NCBI GenBank assembly: GCA_040005235.1
Contig: JBDTZG010000009.1
Span: forward strand, 32,001 to 96,000
Direction of reading: 5' to 3'
From: Acidobacteriota bacterium
GTDB taxonomy: Bacteria; Acidobacteriota; Thermoanaerobaculia; Multivoradales; UBA5704
DNA length: 64,000 bases
Shown: positions 43,401-53,260 of the stretch, piece by piece
How positions within the stretch are numbered: the stretch's first letter is position 1
How the letters are laid out: every line of letters begins with the position of its first letter
The notes under the pieces: model-generated
The model's database searches: none
What the model was told of the DNA's origin: nothing
What the model saw: the letters and a program-made list of their open reading frames with translations, nothing else
Position numbers and translations under genes: made by a program

Positions 43401-44549
43401 CTAATCCTCCGCGGGCAGCTCCCAGATCATGACCCGGTTGTTGCCCGAGTCGGCGATCGCGAGACGGCCGCCGGACAGGGAGATCCCGTACGGCCAGCAG
43501 AGAGTATCCTGGCGCACCGCCTGCCAGCGATTTTCACCGTTACCCGAGAAATTGGCCTGGCCGATCGCCCGGTCGGCCGGCGCGCCGCTCGACGTCGGCG
43601 CCCGATCCCAGAGAAGAACCCGGTTGTTCGCCGTGTCCGCGACCGCGAGCCCGAAGCCGTCGGTGGCAAGAGCATAGGGAAAACGGAGCGTCGAAGCGTT
43701 CTGCGGCGCGTACGGCAGCTCGTTCGCGCTCACCAGGTCGGCCTGGCCGAGGGCGAGGTCGGCGTCGCGATCTCCGCTCCCGTCCCACGGCTCGCCCTGC
43801 CAGCCGAGCACTCTGTGGTCGCCCGCGTCGGCCACGTAGAGATAGCCGCCGACGCCCACCACCGCGTGCGGCCAGCGAAACGAGCGCGCCGAGGGCGGAC
43901 CGCCGCGATTCTCGTCGGAGGAGGCGAAATCGGGCTGGCCGAGCACCGCGTCGGCCGGCCGGTTCCTCTCCGGCAGGCCGCGCCAGGCGAGCACTCGGCG
44001 ATTGCCGGTGTCGGTGACGTAGAACCAGCCGTCGACCCAACCGAGACCGTACGGCCAATAGAGGGTGGCGGCCGAGACCGCGCCGCCGCGGTTCGGCTCG
44101 ATCGAGGAAAGGTCGCTCTGCCCGAGCGCCCAATCCGGCGGCGCATCCGAACGGTCGGGCACCCGATCCCAGACCAGGATCCGATGGTGCCAGGCGTCGG
44201 CGACGAACAGCCGGCCGTCGAGCACCGCGAGGCCGGTCGGCAGGTGGAGGCCGTTCTCCGGTCCCCGCCCTCCGGCGTGAGCCCCTTCGCTTTCGGCCGT
44301 GGGCTGGCCGAGGACCGCGTCGGCCGGCGCGCCGTCCTCGGTCGGCAGGCCGTGCCAGAGGAGGATGCGGTGGTTGCCTGAATCGGCGACCGCGAGGACC
44401 TTTTCGTCCAGGAAGACGCCACGCGGCGCGTAGAGCTGACTTGCGGTCGGCGTCCCGCTCGGCAGCGCAAGGCCGCCCGGAGCCGGCGCGCCGAGCCGGA
44501 CTTGCCCCCCCGTCGCCGGCGAGGTCGCCGCGGCGGTCCGGGAGGTCAT
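43401..44549 (-). CDS. NHL-repeat protein (group 2a hydrogenase accessory)
   Basis: Repeated L.VAD.GN.RVL.W / AD.VLGQ.DF units; NHL proteins are typical of cyanobacterial and Huc-type hyp clusters. Confidence 0.88.
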   Translation of the reverse strand: MTSRTAAATSPATGGQVRLGAPAPGGLALPSGTPTASQLYAPRGVFLDEKVLAVADSGNHRILLWHGLPTEDGAPADAVLGQPTAESEGAHAGGRGPENGLHLPTGLAVLDGRLFVADAWHHRILVWDRVPDRSDAPPDWALGQSDLSSIEPNRGGAVSAATLYWPYGLGWVDGWFYVTDTGNRRVLAWRGLPERNRPADAVLGQPDFASSDENRGGPPSARSFRWPHAVVGVGGYLYVADAGDHRVLGWQGEPWDGSGDRDADLALGQADLVSANELPYAPQNASTLRFPYALATDGFGLAVADTANNRVLLWDRAPTSSGAPADRAIGQANFSGNGENRWQAVRQDTLCWPYGISLSGGRLAIADSGNNRVMIWELPAED

Positions 44550-45442
44550 TGCGGTCTCACGTAGATCGTGCCTTTTTCGATCCGCAGCGGGTAAGGCTCA
44601 AGCTGAGCCTGCGGAGCGGTCAGGCACTCGCCGCTCCGGCCGTCGTAACGGAAACCGTGCCACGGGCACGAGAGAGTCCCAGACTCGATGTCCACCAGGC
44701 CGCCGTCGAGCGGCAGGCCCTGGTGCGCGCAGGCGTTTCTGAACGCGTAGAGCGCGTCGCCGAAGCGCAGGATCAGCACACTCCCCTCCTCGGTCTCCAT
44801 TCGGCAGGGGCGCCCCTCTTCGACCGCCTCTGCGGCAGGCCCTTCGACCCAGCCCTTCAGATCGCCGCGGTGGCGCAACGAGTCGAGCGGCACGAACCCG
44901 GCCGTCGGCTCGCCGCTGATCGGGATCACCTTCTCGATCTCGGGCACGTGAGCCCGCAGTGCCTCCTCGACCCCCTGGCGCAGGGTGGTCGCCGACATCG
45001 AGCAGCCGTGGCAGGCGCCGGTGAGACGCACCGTCACCGTGCTCCCTTCCAGGGCGACCAGCTCGACGTCGCCGCCATGCGATTCGAGATACGGCCGCAC
45101 CATCTCGAGCACCGAAAGCACGCGCTTCCTCAGATCGGCGCGGACCAGCCCGTGCATGGCGAACAGGGCGTAGACGGCCGGATCGTCGACCAGCTCGAAC
45201 AGGATGTCGGAGCCGCGCGGATCTTGCCGCAACGCCCGCACGATCCGCTTCAACCCCGCCTTATGGAAAGCCTCGATCGCATGGCGCACCTCGCGCGCTT
45301 TCTCGCGCGCAGCGGGCTCTAAAGCCTCCGCCTCGGCGAGCGCGCGATCGACCCGCGCGGCGAGTTGCTCCAGGTCCGGTTCGGCGTCGGGTTCGAGCGG
45401 CAACGGAACGGGCCGAGACTCCGGCGGCGGTTCGGAAATCAT
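44546..45442 (-). CDS. hucE: NifU-domain/Rieske fusion Fe-S protein (HucE-like)
   Basis: NifU: VRPYLESHGGDVE...GACHGC; Rieske: NACAHQG...CPWHGFRYD. Confidence 0.85.
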   Translation of the reverse strand: MISEPPPESRPVPLPLEPDAEPDLEQLAARVDRALAEAEALEPAAREKAREVRHAIEAFHKAGLKRIVRALRQDPRGSDILFELVDDPAVYALFAMHGLVRADLRKRVLSVLEMVRPYLESHGGDVELVALEGSTVTVRLTGACHGCSMSATTLRQGVEEALRAHVPEIEKVIPISGEPTAGFVPLDSLRHRGDLKGWVEGPAAEAVEEGRPCRMETEEGSVLILRFGDALYAFRNACAHQGLPLDGGLVDIESGTLSCPWHGFRYDGRSGECLTAPQAQLEPYPLRIEKGTIYVRPQ

Positions 45443-45858
45443 CGGCCGGCCCCCTGCATCTCGGCACCCTGCAATTCAATCTCCGGCGGAGCGCCGGCAA
45501 ACGCCGCGTGTTGTTCGAGCGCCTCCTCGGTCTTCGCGCGCAGCAGGTCGGCAAACGCGGCACGGGCGAGCGCGGCGAGCGCCGAGCTGACGGTTCCCCC
45601 CAGCTCCAGGTTTGCAGGCAGCGGGCGCCGTTCGAGCGCCTGGAGCACGAACGCCGCGCCCGCCGGATCGCCGAGGAGAAATTCCTCGAACAGCGCTTCG
45701 GCGAACTCCCCGAGCCAGATGCCCGGCCCTTCCGGATCGCGGCGCAGAAGTTCGAGCGCCTGGACCGGCCCCTCGTTCCTCTGCTCAAGACGTTCGGTGT
45801 AGCGCTCGACCGCGGTCGCGAGCAGAAAGTCGAACTGTTGACGCTGGTAAAGATCCAT
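45439..45858 (-). CDS. Hypothetical protein of the hydrogenase operon
   Basis: MDLYQRQQFDFL..., 139 aa, coupled to both neighbours, GGAGG RBS. Confidence 0.7.
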   Translation of the reverse strand: MDLYQRQQFDFLLATAVERYTERLEQRNEGPVQALELLRRDPEGPGIWLGEFAEALFEEFLLGDPAGAAFVLQALERRPLPANLELGGTVSSALAALARAAFADLLRAKTEEALEQHAAFAGAPPEIELQGAEMQGAGR

Positions 45859-47168
45859 TACCCCCCCTCCACCCCGACGGTCACGCCCGCCGCTGCCATA
45901 AAAACCGCCGGCGAGGCCAGGCGTTCGTTGATCCGCTCCACCTGTTCGAGCGTGCTCGCCGCGAGATCCGGCTCGCCATGCCAACGAAATAATTTGTGCG
46001 CCTCTTCCAGCTTGGTGAGCGCGGGGCCGAAGATGCCGAGATGGGCGAGCGCGTTCGCCTGGTTGGCGAGTAGACGAGCGTAGCCGAGCGGATCGAAGGC
46101 GCGATTGCGATGTGCGAGCAGCTGCTCGTAGATCTCGACCGCCTGGACAAGGTTTTCTTGCGGATGAGACGAAGGCAGGTACTGAAGGGCGTTCGCCAGA
46201 TTCAGCTGGGCGCTCGACCAGGCTTCCGGGAAGAGCTCCGGGGTCCAGACCTTGAGCGCCTCGCGGAACGATTGCACGGCGATCCCCAAGCGCAGCTGGG
46301 AGCCCCCGCCGCTCATCGGCAACGACAGATAGGCGAGACCGAGATTGTTCTGGGCGAGGGCGTAGCTCTCCGCGCCCTGTTCGAGCGACAGACCGGAGTG
46401 GATCGCCGCCTGGTATGCCGAGACCGCTTCGAGCAGGCCGGAGCGATCCCCCGCCGCAGTATCTTGAAGCAGCTGGCCGAGCGCCAGGTAGAGAGCGGAC
46501 CGGACCGGCGACCGGCCCCCCCCCGGCGCGGCGGGCACCAGCGCGATGCCTAAACGCAGCGCCGCAAGCGCCGCCTGGCGATCGGGGTCGGCGCCGTCGG
46601 CGAGCAGCGCCGCCTTCTGCGCCAGAAGCTGCGCGGCGAAGGTCGGCGAGGCGGCACTCACCGCCGCGATCCCCCGGTCGAGCGAGGCGAGGGCCTGGTC
46701 GGAGCGTCCGGCTTCCATTTCGGCGGCAGCCCGGACCATCCAGGCGACGGCGGCGACGGTCGGCATCTCGGCCGCCTCGGCGTCCGGCAGGCAGTCGCTC
46801 TCCCCCGCGGCGAAGGCCGCGCAGGCGATCAGCCGACCGAGGTCGCCCGAGAAGAGCGACGGCAGCCGCGCGAACGCGGCGAGATCCCCGGACAGGACGA
46901 ACCGGTCATAGGCGGCGACCGGATGATTCGGCAGCTCCAACACCGCGAGCGCCGCCGCAAGGTCGCCGCTTGCCGCCTGCCGGTAGAACTCCCACTCCAC
47001 CGGCAGCGGGCCGGAAAGATCACCCGAAAGCAACCGCGCCAGGGCCGAGGCGGCCAGCGGCGAAGCACTTTCGGGCAGGAGCAGAAACCCCGCGGGAGGC
47101 GGCAGAATGCCGAGCGGTTGCGGGCCGACGGAAAGGGCGAGCGACGGAGCGGTCGAGGGTTGCGTCAT
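45858..47168 (-). CDS. TPR-like repeat protein (group 2a hydrogenase accessory)
   Basis: AQNNLGLAY, AQLNLANALQY, ARLLANQANALAHLG helical repeats; start trimmed to ATG 47168. Confidence 0.85.
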   Translation of the reverse strand: MTQPSTAPSLALSVGPQPLGILPPPAGFLLLPESASPLAASALARLLSGDLSGPLPVEWEFYRQAASGDLAAALAVLELPNHPVAAYDRFVLSGDLAAFARLPSLFSGDLGRLIACAAFAAGESDCLPDAEAAEMPTVAAVAWMVRAAAEMEAGRSDQALASLDRGIAAVSAASPTFAAQLLAQKAALLADGADPDRQAALAALRLGIALVPAAPGGGRSPVRSALYLALGQLLQDTAAGDRSGLLEAVSAYQAAIHSGLSLEQGAESYALAQNNLGLAYLSLPMSGGGSQLRLGIAVQSFREALKVWTPELFPEAWSSAQLNLANALQYLPSSHPQENLVQAVEIYEQLLAHRNRAFDPLGYARLLANQANALAHLGIFGPALTKLEEAHKLFRWHGEPDLAASTLEQVERINERLASPAVFMAAAGVTVGVEGG

Positions 47169-47518
47169 CCCAGGGCCCCGATCGAACGGCGACCCTGCGG
47201 ATCGCGGAAAGCGAGGGAATCTTTCGACCGACCGAGCGCAATGCGCAGCGTGCCGCGCGGCTCGTCCCAAAACGCGGGCAGGTCGCCGCACACGACGTCG
47301 GCGGGCAGGACCTCCCAGATCACCACCGCGCGATCTCCCGCGCGGTTGCGCCGCTTGAGCAGCAGCCCGCCGCCGCCGTCGCCGCGCACCGGCACGAGCC
47401 ACAGCTCGCGCTCGACTACCCGGGCGACCATCGCGTCGGTGGGAAAGTACGCTTCGGCGACCGCGGCCGGCAGTCGGAGCGAACCCTCCGCCGTGAGCTC
47501 GACCGCGAGCGGCGCCAT
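47165..47518 (-). CDS. Small hypothetical hydrogenase-cluster protein
   Basis: MAPLAVELTAEGSLRLP...GGGLLLKRRNRAGDR; coupled to its neighbours. Confidence 0.72.
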   Translation of the reverse strand: MAPLAVELTAEGSLRLPAAVAEAYFPTDAMVARVVERELWLVPVRGDGGGGLLLKRRNRAGDRAVVIWEVLPADVVCGDLPAFWDEPRGTLRIALGRSKDSLAFRDPQGRRSIGALG

Positions 47519-47519
47519 C

Positions 47520-48038
47520 TCAGTGTCCGCCCGCCAGCTCCGCGAGGAGGAGCGGAGCGAGCCTGCGCATCGCGGCATCGACCGGCGGCGAAAGGGGGGC
47601 GCCGAGCTCCAGCGACTCGGCTTCGATCAGGTAGGCGGTGATCTTTTGGGGGTACTCGTCCTTGAGCAGCCAGCGGGCGAAGGCGAGCGCATGATCCCAG
47701 CGGAAGGAATGGAGGTTCAGGCCTTCGAGCGGCGGGAGGCTCTCGACCTCTTCGCCCGGCAGCCGGAAGATCGCACCCGGCTCGCTGCCGCTGGAGCAGG
47801 CATCGACCAGGATCACGTGCGGCACGCCGCGCATTTGAAACGCCACGTCCATGCCCCCCGTGCCGCCGTCCGCGCAGCGGATGCCGAGCGGCAGCCCCAG
47901 CTCCCACAGGTGGCGGATGAAGATCGGCCCCACCGCGTCGTCGCCGCGCAGCAGGTTGCCGCAGCCGACGATCAAGGCCCGAACCTGCTCGGCCGAAGGC
48001 GGAGCGGTCCCCGTGGCTTCCGCGATGCGTTCGATCAC
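47520..48038 (-). CDS. Hydrogenase maturation endopeptidase (HupW/HyaD family)
   Basis: IVGCGNLLRGDDAVG, DGGTGG, ILVDA, HSFRWDH; probable GTG start at 48038. Confidence 0.92.
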   Translation of the reverse strand: MIERIAEATGTAPPSAEQVRALIVGCGNLLRGDDAVGPIFIRHLWELGLPLGIRCADGGTGGMDVAFQMRGVPHVILVDACSSGSEPGAIFRLPGEEVESLPPLEGLNLHSFRWDHALAFARWLLKDEYPQKITAYLIEAESLELGAPLSPPVDAAMRRLAPLLLAELAGGH

Positions 48039-48058
48039 TTTTGGACCTTCATCTGCAG

Positions 48059-49705
48059 CTAGCCTAACTCTCCGACGCGGAAATTCGACAATTCGCGGCC
48101 GGACTTGGCGTCGTAGACGTGGACGGTGCAGACCAGGCACGAGTCGAACGAGCGCGCCACGTGCCCCATCTCGACCGGATCGGTCGGATCGGCGATCCGC
48201 GAGCCGAGAAACGCCTGTTCCATCGGCCCCAGGGTGCCGACCCGATCGCGCGGGCCGATGTTCCAGGCGGTCGGCGTGACCACCTGATAGTTTTCGATCC
48301 GGCCGTTGCTGATCACGATCCAATCCGACAGCGAACCGCGCGCCGCCTCGGTCGAGCCGAATCCGCGCCCCTCCGCCAGCTCTTCGGGCTTGTTGTAGAA
48401 GCGTCCGTGCAGGTCGAGCTCGTCGAGCCACTTGCGGGAGAGCTGAACATATTTCGCCGCCTCGTGCATGCGCGCCATCACGCGCACCAGCACGCTCGGC
48501 CCCACCGTGCCTACGGCGTCCAGGAACAACGGATCGAAATCCTGATGCGCCGCGGCGTTCGGCCTGCCCGCGACCACCTGACGCGCGAGCGGCCCGGCTT
48601 CGAGCGGCATCGCCCCCTTACCCGGCACCTCGTAGCGAGGCGACTTCGCCCAGCTGTATTTGCCCTGCTTGTGGCCATCGAGCGGATCGATCGGATCGGT
48701 CTCGCCCTGCCAGGGATGCAGGAACCGGTCGCCCTTGTAGAACGAATGCGACGTGTCCTCGCGCACGTTCAGGTGGTCGAAGTCGTGGAAGCCCGCGCCG
48801 TCGTAGATTCCCGAGCGGTTGATCAGCGCGTCGTTCCTCCCCTCGATCGTCGGGTGCTCGTACAGCTCGGGCCGGAAATAGGTCCCGGTCGCAAGGTACG
48901 CGCCGCAGCCGGCGCCGAATTTGTCGAGCCCGGCGCGCAGGCCGAAGCGCAGGAACAACCCGCAGTCCGAGTTGCGCTGGCTGTCGTTTTCATCCGCCCA
49001 GGCGAGGACGTCCGCCCAGGTCTTGTTTTCCAGCCAGCGCTCGACCGAACAGCCGAGCCAGACCTTCTCCAGCCAGTCGCGTTTCCAGTTGTCGAGGATC
49101 GCGATCGCCCGCGTCACGTCCGAGAGGGTGGGCGCGCACATCACGCCGCCCGGAATCATGAAGCTCGAATGCGGCCATTGGCCACCGAACAGGGCGTAGA
49201 CCTCGACCGGCTTGCCCGACATGGTGACGCCGCGCTCGTAGCTGGTGCCGACGAACGGCGCGAAGCGCCGCACCACCTCGTCGTACTCCGGCAGATGGGC
49301 GTAGTTCTTGTTCGTCAGATCGATCGCGAACAGGGCATAGAACCAGCGCGGAATCGATTGCAGGGTTTCGCACGCCTGGGCGATGTTCCGCACCAGCGTT
49401 GCGTTTCTCGGGACGTGGGTTTTCCATGCGGTGTCGAGCGCATAGACCGCCTTGTAGAGATGGCTGCCGCCGCAGATGCCGCAGATCCGCGGGGTGACGA
49501 TCAAGCCGGCCTGAGGATCCTTGCCGCGCAGGATGATCTCGAAACCGCGGAACATGCTGCATTCGGTCCACGCGTCGGTGACCACCCCATCCTTGACCTT
49601 GACCCGCAGGTCGAGGTCCCCCTCGACGCGGCCCAGGGGACTGATCCGAAGGTCGATGGGCAGCGGCAAGAGGCCGGGCGGATCGGTTGCGACCGCGGTC
49701 GTCAT
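48059..49705 (-). CDS. hucL: [NiFe]-hydrogenase large subunit, group 2a
   Basis: GRVEGDLD, L1 PRICGICGGSH, GGQWPHSSF, L2 RSFDSCLVCTVH plus a cleavable C-terminal tail. Confidence 0.95.
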   Translation of the reverse strand: MTTAVATDPPGLLPLPIDLRISPLGRVEGDLDLRVKVKDGVVTDAWTECSMFRGFEIILRGKDPQAGLIVTPRICGICGGSHLYKAVYALDTAWKTHVPRNATLVRNIAQACETLQSIPRWFYALFAIDLTNKNYAHLPEYDEVVRRFAPFVGTSYERGVTMSGKPVEVYALFGGQWPHSSFMIPGGVMCAPTLSDVTRAIAILDNWKRDWLEKVWLGCSVERWLENKTWADVLAWADENDSQRNSDCGLFLRFGLRAGLDKFGAGCGAYLATGTYFRPELYEHPTIEGRNDALINRSGIYDGAGFHDFDHLNVREDTSHSFYKGDRFLHPWQGETDPIDPLDGHKQGKYSWAKSPRYEVPGKGAMPLEAGPLARQVVAGRPNAAAHQDFDPLFLDAVGTVGPSVLVRVMARMHEAAKYVQLSRKWLDELDLHGRFYNKPEELAEGRGFGSTEAARGSLSDWIVISNGRIENYQVVTPTAWNIGPRDRVGTLGPMEQAFLGSRIADPTDPVEMGHVARSFDSCLVCTVHVYDAKSGRELSNFRVGELG

Positions 49706-49736
49706 GTCATTCTCCGTAAGCGTTCGAACCGCGGGC

Positions 49737-50708
49737 CTAGACGACGAACATGTCTTCCTTCGACCATTTCGGAGCCGCGATGCGGGCGGCGGCGGCGTGC
49801 GCCATGTAGGACACGTGATCGGTGCCTACGGGCACTTCCTTGGGAATCGTGCCGCTGATCTTCTGGGTCTTGAACACGGTGCCGGGCCTCAAGTCGTGGA
49901 ACGGAAACTCCGGCTCGGTGCAGCCGGTGCACGGCATGCCGGCGCGCGTCTTGCTCGACTGGCGGTTCCACAGGATGCGGTTGCACGGCGAATGGGTGAG
50001 CGGGCCGCGGCAACCGAACTCATAGAACAGACAGCCGGTGCGGGTGCCCTGGCCGAATTCCATCGTCGCCTGCTTGTACTCGAAGAATTGGACGCGGGTG
50101 CAGCCGGTCTGGGTGAAGCTCTTGAAGAAGGTGATCGGGCGCTGGAGGTCGTCGAGCGCGATGTCGGCCGCTCGGCCGGAGGCGATCGCCACCAAAATCT
50201 GGGTGATCCAGTCGGGATGGGAAGGGCAGCCGGGAATGTTGATCACCGGCAGGCCCCACTTGGAACGGAAGCCGGCGCCCAGGAATCCGCCATGGTTGCG
50301 CTTCAGGTATTGGAGGCCGATGTTGTCCACCGGATTCGGTTCGGTCGCCGGAATGCCGCCCCAGCAGGCGCAATCGCCGATCGCAACGACCGCGTTGGCC
50401 TGCGGCGCCAGATCCCGCACCCAGTCCTTCATCGGCCGATCGGCGAACATGTTGTAGCGGCCGGTGCCGTTGGGCCCTTGGATCACCGTCCCCTCGAACA
50501 CGAAGATGTCGAGCGGCCGGGCGCCGGAGGCGCAATCGTTGAAGATCTTCTTGGCGTTGTCGCCCATCTCCACCCCGAGCGACGGGTGCCATAGGATGTC
50601 GATTCCGAAATCGGTCACCAAATCGCAGGCGCTCGGCTCGTCCGCGTTCAAAAAGGACATGGTGTTGCCGCTACACGCACCACCTTGAAGCCAGAGCACG
50701 GTCGCCAT
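49737..50708 (-). CDS. hucS: [NiFe]-hydrogenase small subunit, group 2a (no Tat signal)
   Basis: MATVLWLQGGACSGNTMSFL, GDCAC, PGCP, TQTGCTR, GCLFYEFGCRGP, PCN, PCTGC; AAGGAG RBS before ATG 50708. Confidence 0.95.
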   Translation of the reverse strand: MATVLWLQGGACSGNTMSFLNADEPSACDLVTDFGIDILWHPSLGVEMGDNAKKIFNDCASGARPLDIFVFEGTVIQGPNGTGRYNMFADRPMKDWVRDLAPQANAVVAIGDCACWGGIPATEPNPVDNIGLQYLKRNHGGFLGAGFRSKWGLPVINIPGCPSHPDWITQILVAIASGRAADIALDDLQRPITFFKSFTQTGCTRVQFFEYKQATMEFGQGTRTGCLFYEFGCRGPLTHSPCNRILWNRQSSKTRAGMPCTGCTEPEFPFHDLRPGTVFKTQKISGTIPKEVPVGTDHVSYMAHAAAARIAAPKWSKEDMFVV

Positions 50709-50834
50709 CGTTTCTCGTCTCCTTCTCGCTCGATTCTTAGGGACCGAGGAATCTTGTCCGCTGCACCTTGACAGAGCAATAGCAAGAACTAGGTAGGGAC
50801 ACATCCGGCAACCCGGCCCGGCTGTGAAAACGCC

Positions 50835-51473
50835 CTACCCCCCCGCACCCCGAGGTATCAGGATCAAACCTCGCGCGACCGCCGCGCGTACCAGCTCCAC
50901 CTGATTGTGGGCGTCGAGCTTCTGCATCAGGTTCGCCCGGTGGCGGGTCGCCGTGTGAGGGGAGACGCCGAGGATCTCGGCCACGTGCTGGGTGGTGTGA
51001 CCGTCGGCGATCAATTGAAGGACATCGCGCTCGCGGGCGGTGAGGCCGGAGCGGGCGGTTTCGAGCGCCTTGACGTGGGCGAAATCGATGCTGCGGCTGA
51101 CGTAACGTTCGCCGGCGAGCACGGCGTCGAGCGCCAGGAACAACTCGTCGTCCATCGCGTGCTTCAGGAGGTAGCCGTCGGCCCCGTCGGCGAGCGCCTG
51201 GGCGATGAATTGCGCGTCGTCGTACATCGAGAGCACCAGGACCCGCGTGCGCGCTCCACCCGCGCGCAGCCGACGCAGCGCCTCCAGGCCGTCGAGGCGC
51301 GGCATCGAAAGGTCGAGCAGCAGTGCGTCGGGGTCCGTGTCGCGCACGGCGATCAGCGCGTCCTCGCCGTTGCCGGCTTCGGCCACCACGGTGAAACGGC
51401 CGTCGGTCGCGAGCAGGGCGGCGAGCCCCCGGCGCACCAGGGCATGATCGTCCGCGAGCACGATGCTAAACAC
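50835..51473 (-). CDS. NarL/FixJ-family response regulator (REC-LuxR HTH)
   Basis: LADDH, LLDLSMP, GYLLK, LTARERDVLQL...HRANLMQKL. Confidence 0.93.
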   Translation of the reverse strand: MFSIVLADDHALVRRGLAALLATDGRFTVVAEAGNGEDALIAVRDTDPDALLLDLSMPRLDGLEALRRLRAGGARTRVLVLSMYDDAQFIAQALADGADGYLLKHAMDDELFLALDAVLAGERYVSRSIDFAHVKALETARSGLTARERDVLQLIADGHTTQHVAEILGVSPHTATRHRANLMQKLDAHNQVELVRAAVARGLILIPRGAGG

Positions 51474-53256
51474 TGTCGCCTCCTCCCCACGGGACCGAGA
51501 CCTCGACCGACGTTCCCTCGCCCGGCAGGGTCACGATCGACAGGGTGCCGCCGAACATTCCGACCCGCTCGCGCATGCCGAGCAGGCCCAAGCCGTGACG
51601 GACCGTGCCGGGATCGAAACCGCTGCCGTCGTCGGCGACCGTCAGGCGGAGCCGTCCGCCTTCGGCGACCAACGACAAGCGGACCCGCAACGCGTCCGCG
51701 TGGGCCGCCACGTTGGTGAGCGCCTCCTGCGCGATGCGATAGATCGCGATCTCCGCCGCCGACGCGAGAGAGGCGGGGATCGGCGGTAGGTCGAGATCGA
51801 CCTCGAAGCCGGCGCGTACGCTGTATTCGATCGCCAGCTGGCGCAGAGCGACCTCCAGCCCGAGCTGGTCGAGAGTCGGCGGACGCAGGCGGCGCGCCAG
51901 GTCTTTGATCCGCGTCGTCGCCGCGTTGACCTGCTCGCGCAGGTGATCGAGCTGCTCGCGCAAAGCCGACTGCTCGACCGGCACCAGGCGGGCCATCACC
52001 TGCAGGCCGAGCTTCACCCCCACCAGCGCCTGGCCCGCCTCGTCGTGCAGCTCGCGCGCGATGTGCTGGCGCTCGTCCTCCAAGATCGTCACGTTGTGCG
52101 CCGAGAGCGCCCGGATCTCCTGGCTCTTGCCTTCGAGGTCGGAGAGCAGGCGGGTGTTTTCGATCGCCACCGCGGTCGTGTTCGCGAGCGATTCGAGAAA
52201 CATTGCGTCCTGCCAGGAAAACGGCGGCTGGTCGACCCCCCGATGCAGCTCGAAGAAGCCGAGCACCCGGCCGTCGCTCGACTTGATCGGAATGCAGACG
52301 GCGCGCCCGACCGCGAAGCGCCGGGCGAGATCGAGATCGGCGAGCGGATCGTGCGGGTAGTCGTTGGCGAGATAGGGAAACTCGATCTCCAGCAAGTAGC
52401 CGGCCAGGCCCTCGCCGCGCCGGAACCGCCGCGGCCCCTCGCTCCAACCAGCGCGATGCCAATAACCCGTGGATACCATTTCGAGCTCGCCCGAAGGCGA
52501 CAGCTCGGCGAGCCCCGCCAGCCCTCCGACACCTTTCAAAAAGCGCGCGGCGTGCTCCACCAGATGACGGACCAGCTCGGAGGAATCGAGGTGGGCGTTC
52601 ACCGCCGCGCCGAACGCGAGCAGCGCTTCGAGTCCGGTCGACCAATCCCCCAGCCGTTCGATTAGAAGCGCGCGCTCGAAGCCGACCGCCGCCTGGAGCG
52701 CGATCGTCTCGGCCAAACGATATTCGAGCGCGCCGAACGGCGCCGGCCCCCGGCGGTTGACCGCGAGCAGCACCGCGACCGTGCGCCCCTGGTTGTCGAG
52801 CGCCGGTACCGCCAGCGCGTTGCGCCAGCCGAGGTCGCCGAGCTGCAGGCGGTAGGCAACCTCGTCGCGCGGCGCGCAGGCGAGCACGCCGCGCCGTTGG
52901 CGTGCTACCTGGAGCAGTAGAGCGAGCGTCGGCTCGTCGGGCGGCGGCGCCGGAACGCTCTGGCCGACGACGTAGACGCCGATCGCCCCCAGAGCCTGGT
53001 CGTCGGTGACCGCGACCACCGCCCGGCTGGCGTTCAAAGCGATCGCGAACGCGCGCGCGAGCGACGTGGCGAGATCGGGGCTCGACAGCTCGTTGACCAC
53101 GGCCCGCGCGGTGCCGTGAACCCGTTCGATCGCCGCCAGAATCCGCCCGCTCTCGGCCCGCGCCGCGGCCGGGTTCCAAACCTCGGTATCGGGCCGCTCT
53201 TGAAGCGTGCCCAAGGAGGGCATCGGCGGGGCGAGAATGAACGGGTCGTAAGGCAT
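51466..53256 (-). CDS. Soluble GAF-GAF sensor histidine kinase (HisKA_3/HATPase)
   Basis: Two GAF-like segments; H-box ERQHIARELHDEAGQ; N-box QEALTNV; DDGSGFD, GLGLLGMRER; no obvious transmembrane helix. Confidence 0.9.
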   Translation of the reverse strand: MPYDPFILAPPMPSLGTLQERPDTEVWNPAAARAESGRILAAIERVHGTARAVVNELSSPDLATSLARAFAIALNASRAVVAVTDDQALGAIGVYVVGQSVPAPPPDEPTLALLLQVARQRRGVLACAPRDEVAYRLQLGDLGWRNALAVPALDNQGRTVAVLLAVNRRGPAPFGALEYRLAETIALQAAVGFERALLIERLGDWSTGLEALLAFGAAVNAHLDSSELVRHLVEHAARFLKGVGGLAGLAELSPSGELEMVSTGYWHRAGWSEGPRRFRRGEGLAGYLLEIEFPYLANDYPHDPLADLDLARRFAVGRAVCIPIKSSDGRVLGFFELHRGVDQPPFSWQDAMFLESLANTTAVAIENTRLLSDLEGKSQEIRALSAHNVTILEDERQHIARELHDEAGQALVGVKLGLQVMARLVPVEQSALREQLDHLREQVNAATTRIKDLARRLRPPTLDQLGLEVALRQLAIEYSVRAGFEVDLDLPPIPASLASAAEIAIYRIAQEALTNVAAHADALRVRLSLVAEGGRLRLTVADDGSGFDPGTVRHGLGLLGMRERVGMFGGTLSIVTLPGEGTSVEVSVPWGGGDSV

Positions 53257-53260
53257 CGAA

